This document shows, piece after piece, positions 7,321 through 15,076 of a DNA stretch of 32,000 bases (positions are counted from its first letter, which is position 1; each line of letters begins with the position of its first letter). A program made the position numbers and the translations under genes. The stretch covers positions 1 to 32,000 of the forward strand of contig NQJD01000029.1 in the NCBI GenBank assembly GCA_004284765.1, given 5' to 3'. Source of the DNA: Candidatus Electronema aureum (GTDB taxonomy: Bacteria > Desulfobacterota > Desulfobulbia > Desulfobulbales > Desulfobulbaceae). A model generated the notes under the pieces. The model saw only the letters and a program-made list of their open reading frames with translations, did no database searches and was not told the DNA's origin.

Positions 7321-8998
7321 GCCGCGCCTCTATCCGCAATCCATCAAGAACGCGCCTGATCCGCCGTACCGCGCCGTGACTGGAGTCAACCGAGCTAACG
7401 CTGTCTAATAGCTCATTTAGCGTGAAAACCGCTGCTTCCTGATCCGCATAATCGCCCCGCTCAATCCGTGCCGCTACCTGCCGGGCAGTTTCAAAAAATT
7501 GCTCAACTGCCTGTGGAAAACGGCTGGCTGTGGCGATGCGGGCTGCTTCGGCAAAGCAGTCCCGGTCAAAGGCTTCGCCTATCTCAGTCAGCGCAAGGTC
7601 GCGGCGTACTTGGTCAAAAATCATTTGGGCAAAGTCATCGTTGGGATTCAGCGCAACCGCCTTTCTCATTGCAGCGTCGAGCAGTTTTGGCGATGCTTCC
7701 TCGCTGCTGCGCAACCGCACGACCTGATTGGTTAGGGTTGAGCAAAACACAGCACCCGTCTCTGCATTTTCCGGCAGAGTCAGAATACCTAAGCAAGCGG
7801 CTAATGCGGTACCGTCCTGATTGTCATCTCGCTCTATTGCCGCGAGTAGCTGTTTCTCCAGCTCTGCTGTCCAATGTGCTGGGCCATTAATCAGAATTTG
7901 CTCCGCTTTCCGGCACTGACCTCTGTACAGATAATGCAGCCCGCAGGCTGTTCTCACCTGCGCCGCACCCCAAGCGACAAAGGGATCATCGATTTCTTCT
8001 AATTCCACCAGCGTGTCCATCGCACCGTCGTAATCACCCTCTCTGACCAGCAGGAGAGCCTGTGCCGCTGATGAATAGACTGCGCCAGCGGCCATCCATT
8101 TGCTGCTATCAGCAAAAGCATCCCGGCTCTTTTGAATCAAGATGAAAAGCTGATCAGCAATCTTGGCCTGCAACGCCAGTGCCGGTGTAAAGATCGGCAT
8201 TGCGGATAATCGGCTCATCCGTCGCAGCAAGGCAAGTTCCTCCTCCCACTGCCAGAGCAAAGAACCACCGTTGTTTAGTTGCCGTGCTGCTTGCCTGCGC
8301 AGCACGTCCACGCCAAAATCAAGCAGGGCCTGCCGCTGCGGCTCAGACTGTGGCCCAACCTCTGGGTGAAAAAGCAGCGATAGACAGCAGTTGATGAAAT
8401 GCCGCGCTTGCGCCGTCGGAATCGTTATGTCTGCTTCCATCATGAGCTGGCAAGCGGCCTTGGCCTGCACGGCCAGCGCGGTAGGCTGAAGCCAGTCGGT
8501 CTCATCAGCCGAAGCAAAGATTTCTTCTATCTGTTCTTCCTGCCAAAGCCGAGCCAAACGCAGGCTGCGACAGCGAGTCAGCAGCCCGCCACCACTCGGC
8601 AGATAAGCCAAGGAAAATTCCTCCAACAGCTGGCGAACTTCAGCTTCCTGTTTCAGTGGATTTTCATCAAGGCGGCAATGCAGTTCCTCAATCAGCAACA
8701 AGCTGACCTGTTCTTTTTGAACAATAAAATCAGGATGAGTGCAGTCAAGCTGCCGCCAGAGCCGCAGGCAAGCAATAGCATCGCCCAGCTTCACCTGAGC
8801 AAAACCGGCATGATAGAGATCAGCGGGAGCGGATAGGTTTGCCTCGGTATAGGCATCTGCCGCCTGCTGCCACTGTCCGGCCAGCAGAGCATAGCGGGCT
8901 ATCTGGAGGAATTGGGTCGGATCAGGATAAACCGTGACCTTAGTTCTGCAAAATTTCCTAACCCATGATAGAACAACAGCAAAAACCTTGCCTCTCAT
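7307..8998 (-). CDS. Large all-helical (TPR-like) repeat protein of unknown function
   Basis: 563 aa, Ala/Leu/Gln-rich. It shows repeated helix-pair patterns (for example YALLAGQWQQAADAYTEA, LLLVREGDYDGAMDTLVE, HYLYRGQCRKAEQIL). I recognise no catalytic motif. The coding call rests on length, composition and coupling to the downstream J-like gene. Confidence 0.6.
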   Translation of the reverse strand: MRGKVFAVVLSWVRKFCRTKVTVYPDPTQFLQIARYALLAGQWQQAADAYTEANLSAPADLYHAGFAQVKLGDAIACLRLWRQLDCTHPDFIVQKEQVSLLLIEELHCRLDENPLKQEAEVRQLLEEFSLAYLPSGGGLLTRCRSLRLARLWQEEQIEEIFASADETDWLQPTALAVQAKAACQLMMEADITIPTAQARHFINCCLSLLFHPEVGPQSEPQRQALLDFGVDVLRRQAARQLNNGGSLLWQWEEELALLRRMSRLSAMPIFTPALALQAKIADQLFILIQKSRDAFADSSKWMAAGAVYSSAAQALLLVREGDYDGAMDTLVELEEIDDPFVAWGAAQVRTACGLHYLYRGQCRKAEQILINGPAHWTAELEKQLLAAIERDDNQDGTALAACLGILTLPENAETGAVFCSTLTNQVVRLRSSEEASPKLLDAAMRKAVALNPNDDFAQMIFDQVRRDLALTEIGEAFDRDCFAEAARIATASRFPQAVEQFFETARQVAARIERGDYADQEAAVFTLNELLDSVSSVDSSHGAVRRIRRVLDGLRIEARHESL

Positions 8999-9097
8999 TG
9001 GGTTGCTTCCATTTGACAGAACGAGATTTTCCTGTCACTATCTTTATACGGTTTAGCCATTTTTCAACATATTCTATCAAACTTCACGGAGGATTTT

Positions 9098-9424
9098 ATG
9101 CGTAAAACAAAGAAAGCAGCACTCTTAGCCATGCTGCTGTTGTTATCGATAGTTGTCGTGACAGGTGTTCAAGCCGCAGAAAAAGAGATTAAAAAAGACG
9201 AAAAGGTAGATATGGCTACCTACACCTGCGCTGATCTTCTGGCTGAAAACGAAGACGAGGTTGGCATGATTCTATTGTGGGTTGATGGCTATTTGAGCGG
9301 TAAAACCAACGACACGGTCATCAACATGACCTTTATCGGCGAATTAGCTGAAAACGTCGGGAAAAAATGCGGCGAAAACGGAAAAGCCAAATTACTCGAC
9401 GTGGTTAAAGAACTAACGGAATAG
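9098..9424 (+). CDS. Secreted HdeA/HdeB-like small periplasmic protein
   Basis: 108 aa with a signal peptide ending VQA-AE. The motif TYTCADLL is followed by a second Cys 47 residues later (KKCGENG). E. coli HdeA has a comparable disulfide pair, Cys18-Cys66. GGAGG RBS. Confidence 0.55.
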   Translation: MRKTKKAALLAMLLLLSIVVVTGVQAAEKEIKKDEKVDMATYTCADLLAENEDEVGMILLWVDGYLSGKTNDTVINMTFIGELAENVGKKCGENGKAKLLDVVKELTE

Positions 9425-9439
9425 CCCCGAATCGCTAGT

Positions 9440-10777
9440 TCAGCGGAGAATAATTTTGACCGTCTTGCCCGGTATGACCTCCTGATTGCCGTAAAAAATC
9501 ATGCTTGAATATCTGGGCAGAAAAAATCGAGCATAGATGGAACGCCACGTCTCGTCGGACCGCACTTGGTATTTCCAGAGTATGAGGCCCTCGCGCTGTT
9601 CAATCTTGCGTTGATAAAAGGCGGCAGCCTCGCGGCGGTCAGTAAAAAGTCGCACCGAGCTGCCCTTTCTGATGAAGCCGAGGAAAATGTGGGGGTTCTG
9701 CTCCATTACCACCGGATAATATTTGCGGTTGCCGTAGAACCGCTCGGCAATGTCCCAAGCATTTTCTCCGTCCTTGACTAAATAAGAGAACGTTCCTCCG
9801 CGCTGTATTGGCGCGAAATTCTGCACCTGTTCAGCAGCAGGAGTACCGACTGTTTCCATCGCTATCGACTTCACCCGGTGCTTCCTGTACTTAGGCGTAA
9901 GAACTACAGGCGGCGTTTCCGGTAGAACGGCCAGTTCAGCATTGTTTTCCGATGGAATAGCCTGCGCTACGGCTAAAGCCTGTGGTTCAGCTACTACCAC
10001 AGCCGCTTCTACTTCTGCCGGATTTGCTGATTTTTCCTCCGCTGGTGCCAATGGCACTGCTTGCTCCGTTGTTTTTTCAACAGGAACTGGTGGTGGCATC
10101 TTACTGCCTAACAACTCTACCTCGGCTGTGTCCGGGAGTACCTCCTCTCGAACAACTTTTACAAGTTTTGTCGCCTCGTTCTCAGCTTCTACCGTTTTTT
10201 TCTGATCTACAGGAAGCTCATCCGGCACAAGGGCACGCTCGCTTTTTTCCTTGGCGACAACAGGCACAGCATTCTCCTCTGTATTCTTGCTGGAAGTCTG
10301 CTCGTGGTTTTCGCCTACAAGTTCCTGCTTTGCTGCGACAGTTTCCGTCTCTCGCTCATCCAAGATGCGCACCTGAGCATCAATATGAATTTTGCTTTCA
10401 GGAGGCAGCACCGGTTCGACAACGTTTTTATTTTCTGGCGCGGATGACAATGACTCTTCGTGCTTTTTCTTCATTGCCGCCCGCTGTTCCGCCGCCTTGA
10501 GTTCGGCTAACTGGTGGTCTAATTCAGACAAACGACTTTTCATGCTCACTGATAGACCAGCAAGGAGCAACAGGACAGCAGTCACAATGATCGCGATAGC
10601 AACCCAAGGAAAACGACGTTTGGGTAGCAGAGCTGCTGCTGTTTTGGCCGCTGCTGGGTCAGAGAGCGAATCTAAGGCTTGAAAACAGGTCAGGTCTGCA
10701 TCGCACTGAGGGCAGCTGCCGCAGTTCGGCGGTAAGCCGTGCCGTCCACAAACCGGACAGGTGTGCGTCTGACTCAT
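9440..10777 (-). CDS. Bitopic envelope protein: N-terminal zinc ribbon, one TM helix, coiled coil, long E/P/A/V-rich linker, two C-terminal LysM-like repeats
   Basis: 445 aa. CPVCGRHGLPPNCGSCPQCDADL is followed by the TM segment FPWVAIAIIVTAVLLLLAGLSV. A low-complexity spacer of about 200 aa follows. The C-terminus has YLVKDGENAWDIAERFYGN...VRLF and YQVRSDETWRSIYARFF...GKTVKIIL (LysM-like). The ATG overlaps the Hsp70 stop (ATGA). Confidence 0.75.
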   Translation of the reverse strand: MSQTHTCPVCGRHGLPPNCGSCPQCDADLTCFQALDSLSDPAAAKTAAALLPKRRFPWVAIAIIVTAVLLLLAGLSVSMKSRLSELDHQLAELKAAEQRAAMKKKHEESLSSAPENKNVVEPVLPPESKIHIDAQVRILDERETETVAAKQELVGENHEQTSSKNTEENAVPVVAKEKSERALVPDELPVDQKKTVEAENEATKLVKVVREEVLPDTAEVELLGSKMPPPVPVEKTTEQAVPLAPAEEKSANPAEVEAAVVVAEPQALAVAQAIPSENNAELAVLPETPPVVLTPKYRKHRVKSIAMETVGTPAAEQVQNFAPIQRGGTFSYLVKDGENAWDIAERFYGNRKYYPVVMEQNPHIFLGFIRKGSSVRLFTDRREAAAFYQRKIEQREGLILWKYQVRSDETWRSIYARFFLPRYSSMIFYGNQEVIPGKTVKIILR

Positions 10778-13089
10778 TTGCGAATATCTCGGTGAATTTT
10801 CTGAATGCTGCGACCGTGCTGGTCCAGCACCTCTTCGACTTCTGGCATCACTGCCAGCACCTGTTCAAAACGCAGCTCCTCGCCCGCCTCAGCCGAGGCC
10901 AGCACCTCTGCTGCCGCCCGCATAAAACGCTTGGCCTTATCTGGCTCAGTTTGGTGGCAAATTTCGCAAGCATTCTCAATCTGCGTCAAGGCGTGTACCA
11001 CCTCCAGTCCCGGATTCTCTAAAACATTGGACAGCTCATCCATTGCCTGCATGGTTTCCTCATAGCTTCCTTCTTCATCGGTCTCGCGCAGCTGCTGGAT
11101 TTTTCTCAAAATGCGTTCCTGTAAGGCTGGCGCGATCAGCATTCCATAATCCGCCAACATGCTTTCTGCGTAATAAATCTGGGTTAGCGGAGCTTCCTCG
11201 GCTTCGGAGATGCGCACCGCCTTGTTGATCTTTTCCTCCACCCGACGGCAAGCAGCTCCATCAACCTCACCGGTTTGCGCATCAACCACTTTATGGAGCG
11301 CGCGAATAATACCTTTAGCCCGACAGAGCAAATCGGCCACCGTATAGGTAGAGCAGCCTTTGCGGTCAGCCTCATTAATGATCTGCTCAAGGCGCAGAAA
11401 GAGTCGCTCATCCGCCTTGCCGCGCGAGAGCGTACCTTCCACCTTCCCCTTGAGTTGGCCGACTAAGGCCGCCTGCACTGAAACCAAATTATTTTCATCG
11501 ATGTTCAAAGTGACAGCAAGACGCGGCAATTCTTCCGTCTGCGGCGCGGTTGTGCTATCTCGATCGATGCCTAACCAAAGGTCGCCGATGCGTTCCTCTT
11601 TGTTATTGACCACATTATAAAATTGCATATGCACCAGCTCTTGTTCGGCATCAACAAGCTGAAAAATCTCCGTGCTGGAGCAGGGTAATACACTGTTTTT
11701 TTTCACCAAGAGAAAACGCTGATCATTCTCCAAGCGGATGAAGTAGTCATGGGCCGCTGCATGAACGATATCGACCAGACCATGCTTGGTTGTGTAGGTT
11801 GCGAGATTAAATTGGCAATGCGGGCAGTTGGCGTTATGCTGGGATGTTTCCCCACCGCAGCTCGGACATTCCAGCGTATCTGCTAATCGATGGCTGAGAA
11901 TAGCTGCACCTTCGGCCACTGCCAACATAGGCCGCTCATGGAGTAACACTTTGTCTGCACCAAATTCCTGCCGCAGCGTCTTGATTACACAGGGAATACG
12001 CGAACTACCGCCGACTAAAAGCACATGGTCAATCAAATCCGGGCTGAAATACGCCTCGGCCAGTAAATTTCGCAGCAATCGGAGCATGGTTGTCAGCAAA
12101 GGAGCCAGCATCTCCTCTAACTGTTCTTGGCTCAATTCTGCTTCAATATGAATCGGATCGCCGTCCTCGTCCGTGAGCAAACCAAGCACAGCAATGCAGG
12201 CTTCGGGGCTGTCGCTGAGGGCAATTTTAGCCTTTTCTGCCGCCGTTTTTAGTTCGGCAAGCAAACGATTGCGCTGACTTGGCTCCAGCCGTCCGAGCAG
12301 AGCGCGGAGGCGAACATCATCCATGCCTTCCTTGGCCGCTGTTTCTCGCAGGGCATGGCTAATGATCAGGTTGTCGATGTCCTCGCCACCTAACCACATG
12401 TCGCCGCCTTTGGCCATTTCAATGATCTGGCCGCCGCTGATCGCCAGCAGCGAGAGGTCGAGAGTGCCGCCGCCGAAATCAAAAACCAGCACGGTTTTGC
12501 CTTCGTCACTAGATATCTGATCCACGCCAAAGGAAATGGCTGCTGCTGTCGGCTCGGACAAAAGACGGCTGACTTTGAGACCAGCCAAAGCAGCAGCGGT
12601 GCGGGTGGCGTGCTTTTGTTTATCGTTGAAATAGGCAGGCACGGTGATCACTGCTGTCTCTACCTCATCACCGAGGATACGTTCGGCATCAGCCTTGATT
12701 TTAATGAGAATCTGGGCTGAAATTTCTTCTGGGCTGAACTCTCGTCCTCCGGCAGCAATCGCCAAACTGTTCTGAGAACCGCTGGAATAGGGCGAGAGCG
12801 GACAGCGAAATCTGCCGTTTTTAATCAGTTCTTGCACTTCTGGATCGTGAAAATTGCGTCCAATTAGCCGCTTGACCGCTGTGATAGTGTTCTCCGGTTC
12901 CTGCCGCAGCCATTCCAAAGCGTGGCGACCGACGATGAACTCTGGTTTGCGTATCAGCCGTTTACGAACAGTGACGCAAGAAGGAGTGATGAAGTCACCT
13001 TCTGCATTTTTCAGCACCTCAACCCGCACTTTTTTAATCGCGGCAGCGGAATTGGTAGTTCCCAGATCAATGCCGATGGATTTTTTCAT
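10774..13089 (-). CDS. Atypical Hsp70/DnaK-family ATPase with a zinc ribbon inserted between NBD and SBD and a long helical C-terminal extension
   Basis: NBD motifs are intact: IGIDLGTTNSAAA, VITVPAYFNDKQKHATRTAAALAGL, LSEPTAAAISFG, VLVFDFGGGTLDLSLL, VLLVGGSSRIPCV. CPSCGG-x8-NCPHC (CxxC-x10-CxxC) follows. Then comes a beta-rich SBD-like segment (LVHMQFYN...LAVTLNIDENNLVSVQA) and about 230 aa of helices. I set the start at the ATG at 13089 (MKKSIGIDLG). The ORF-track extension to 13149 overlaps the upstream kinase gene. Confidence 0.9.
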   Translation of the reverse strand: MKKSIGIDLGTTNSAAAIKKVRVEVLKNAEGDFITPSCVTVRKRLIRKPEFIVGRHALEWLRQEPENTITAVKRLIGRNFHDPEVQELIKNGRFRCPLSPYSSGSQNSLAIAAGGREFSPEEISAQILIKIKADAERILGDEVETAVITVPAYFNDKQKHATRTAAALAGLKVSRLLSEPTAAAISFGVDQISSDEGKTVLVFDFGGGTLDLSLLAISGGQIIEMAKGGDMWLGGEDIDNLIISHALRETAAKEGMDDVRLRALLGRLEPSQRNRLLAELKTAAEKAKIALSDSPEACIAVLGLLTDEDGDPIHIEAELSQEQLEEMLAPLLTTMLRLLRNLLAEAYFSPDLIDHVLLVGGSSRIPCVIKTLRQEFGADKVLLHERPMLAVAEGAAILSHRLADTLECPSCGGETSQHNANCPHCQFNLATYTTKHGLVDIVHAAAHDYFIRLENDQRFLLVKKNSVLPCSSTEIFQLVDAEQELVHMQFYNVVNNKEERIGDLWLGIDRDSTTAPQTEELPRLAVTLNIDENNLVSVQAALVGQLKGKVEGTLSRGKADERLFLRLEQIINEADRKGCSTYTVADLLCRAKGIIRALHKVVDAQTGEVDGAACRRVEEKINKAVRISEAEEAPLTQIYYAESMLADYGMLIAPALQERILRKIQQLRETDEEGSYEETMQAMDELSNVLENPGLEVVHALTQIENACEICHQTEPDKAKRFMRAAAEVLASAEAGEELRFEQVLAVMPEVEEVLDQHGRSIQKIHRDIRK

Positions 13090-13115
13090 ACCGTGTCTGT
13101 TCGGAGCAGAGGGGA

Positions 13116-14192
13116 TCAGAGGGCAGAAAGGGTAAAGCTGAAGACGCACCCTCTTTCAGCTTGATTTTCAGCTCGAAGAACACCACCATGTAGCTCAATG
13201 ATTTTTTTCACCACGGCCCAGCCGAGACGGCTATCTTTTCTACTGTCCGCCGGACCTGCTGGATCAGCAAACAAGTGTTCCAGCTCTTTTTCGCTCAAGC
13301 CCGGCCCTTGATCAGCAACCGCCACGCGGACTGCGCTGCCTGCCTGCTCCGCGCTCAAGACAACAACTGAGCCAGCCGGAGAATGCTTAACCGCGTTGCT
13401 CAAGAGATTATCTACCGCTTGTCGAATGCGGCTTGGATCAAGATTGAAAATCGGCAGCGTAGTCAGACGCTCAACAATGACGATTTGTTTCTTTGCTGCT
13501 GCTTGTTGCTGTAGTTGCGCTGCCTGCCGAAGAACTTCTGTGAGCGAGGCAGGCTGCCTGTTGATCTTAAAGGTACCATCACCAACGGCGGAAACATCGA
13601 GCAAGTCGTTGATTAGGCGCTGCATGGCTGTGGCCGTCTCGTTAATGGCCAGCAGGTGCGTATCTATATTACTGCGCATTTCAAAAAAACTGCTATCCAT
13701 CAGCATTTCGGTCATGGTGATAATGTAGCCGAGCGGATTGCGCAAATCATGGGCAGCAATGCGCAAAAAACGATCTTTAATCTTATCTAATTCTAACAAG
13801 CGGTCGTGTGCCTCAACGAGCCGCCTGCCCACAGAAATTCGGCTGTGCAGTTCACCAATATGCACCGGTTTGCTGAGAAAATCATGCGCCCCATGATCTA
13901 AAGCATGAACCACATCCTCCTTGTCGCTTCTACCAGTGAGTAGAATGGTGTAGATCAGCGGCACAGCACCTTTTTCCTGCGCATTGAGCCGAGAGCAGAT
14001 TTCTACCCCATCTAAGCCGGGCATCATCCAGTCTAACACCGCGATTCGGGGTGGTTCTGGGCTGCGCAGGATGGTCATGGCCTCCAGTCCATCCGCAGCC
14101 TCAATCACCTCATAGCCCCAGCGGGCCGCGCAATGCCGGAGCAAAATTCGGGTAGAAAGTTCATCGTCGGCGATCAGTAGTTTCATGGACAT
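13116..14192 (-). CDS. Hybrid receiver (REC) - histidine kinase (HisKA + HATPase_c) without a recognisable sensor domain
   Basis: 358 aa. REC: MKLLIADDE...IAVLDWMMPGLDG...K. H-box FLRIAAHDLRNPL. ATPase boxes NLLSNAVKH, VADQGPGLS, GWAVVKKIIELHGG. No TM segment is visible. Confidence 0.9.
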   Translation of the reverse strand: MSMKLLIADDELSTRILLRHCAARWGYEVIEAADGLEAMTILRSPEPPRIAVLDWMMPGLDGVEICSRLNAQEKGAVPLIYTILLTGRSDKEDVVHALDHGAHDFLSKPVHIGELHSRISVGRRLVEAHDRLLELDKIKDRFLRIAAHDLRNPLGYIITMTEMLMDSSFFEMRSNIDTHLLAINETATAMQRLINDLLDVSAVGDGTFKINRQPASLTEVLRQAAQLQQQAAAKKQIVIVERLTTLPIFNLDPSRIRQAVDNLLSNAVKHSPAGSVVVLSAEQAGSAVRVAVADQGPGLSEKELEHLFADPAGPADSRKDSRLGWAVVKKIIELHGGVLRAENQAERGCVFSFTLSAL

Positions 14193-14479
14193 GGTGCGTT
14201 TTTTTTCAAAAGACGGGGAAAAGGTGACGTGTCAACGTAAAGTAAAAACACAATGAAGTCAACACGAACAGCCAGTAACTGCGAGCATCTTCCGCAGATA
14301 TTTTTCCTGCCAGCAAGTTGCCTGTTGCTCATTTTCAGAGGTATCATATATGATGGCAGCCTAATTTTGGTGTATTATACTCAGACAGCGGCGGATTGTA
14401 TATATTTTGGAAAAAATGAGCCAGCAGCGGCGCATCTTGCGCAGTTATTCAGCCTTTGTTTTTTGGCAAGAACAAAATC

Positions 14480-15076
14480 ATGACCACTGATACCGGATTT
14501 TTGCTCTACGCCGCTCTGTACCGATTGGCTGTGCTGGCAGTTGGTGCGTTGTCTATTTGGCTGGGCTTTCGTTTGTTCAGCAATGCCAAGCAAGAGAACA
14601 GCTCGGCTGATGGCTCCGTCAGCGCGGAAGGCGGTGGTTTCAAGCTGGCCTTCACCAATTTGCTGCCCGGAACTTATTTCGCGTTGTTCGGCACGGTGAT
14701 CATCAGCGTAATGCTATGGAAAGGCGAGCCGCAATTCTTTCAGCAGGAACTCAAGGAGCTGACCAAAGGCGAGAAGACAGTCACGACAACAGAATTGCGC
14801 ACCAGCATAGAACTGGAATGGAAAAAGCTGGATAAGTCCGGCATCACGCTGGCGGAAGCAGCCGAGACTATGGAAACCATTGCCAAGCTGCTGCGGCAGG
14901 AAAACCGCATCGGCGAAGCAGTGGCGATGGCAAAGCTGGCGGCTTTGTACGGCAAAGAAGAAGGCAGGGCGGAGCGTCTTGATTTGCTGGCTGAACTGCT
15001 GCGGGCAAATGGCAATGAGGAGGAGGCAGTGCAAACCGAGCAGGCCGCCGAATCCTTGCGGAGGCCAGAGAAATGA
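14480..15076 (+). CDS. Two-TM membrane protein with a helical, E/A/K-rich C-terminal domain
   Basis: TM1 FLLYAALYRLAVLAVGALSIWLGF and TM2 LLPGTYFALFGTVIISVMLW. The tail is helical (AEAAETMETIAKLLRQENRIGEAVAMAKLAALYGKEEG...). The stop overlaps the caspase-gene ATG (ATGA). I preferred the ATG at 14480 over the TTG at 14456. There is no clear SD. Confidence 0.55.
   Translation: MTTDTGFLLYAALYRLAVLAVGALSIWLGFRLFSNAKQENSSADGSVSAEGGGFKLAFTNLLPGTYFALFGTVIISVMLWKGEPQFFQQELKELTKGEKTVTTTELRTSIELEWKKLDKSGITLAEAAETMETIAKLLRQENRIGEAVAMAKLAALYGKEEGRAERLDLLAELLRANGNEEEAVQTEQAAESLRRPEK

Noticed and set aside
9013-9050. TTGACA hexamer (9013..9018) as a -35 element for the HdeA-like gene
   Set aside because: I found no convincing -10 at 16-19 nt. 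CACTAT at 18 nt matches only 3 of 6 positions, so it is not reported as a feature.
9942-10682. Plus-strand ORFs (87, 172 and 96 aa) inside the ZnR/TM/LysM gene
   Set aside because: They lie opposite the low-complexity E/P/A/V linker region, where repetitive codons keep the antisense frames open. There are no motifs and no RBS.
13090-13149. ORF-track N-terminal extension of the Hsp70 gene (MRLQLYPFCPLIPSAPNRHG)
   Set aside because: It overlaps the 3' end of the kinase gene. Hsp70 proteins begin a few residues before the GIDLGTTNS motif, which fits the ATG at 13089.
14253-14593. Small ORFs (76 aa plus strand, 70 aa minus strand) in the Hsp70/caspase divergent spacer
   Set aside because: They have no RBS and odd composition, and they overlap the likely promoter region and the start of the 2-TM gene. 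They are more plausibly non-coding.
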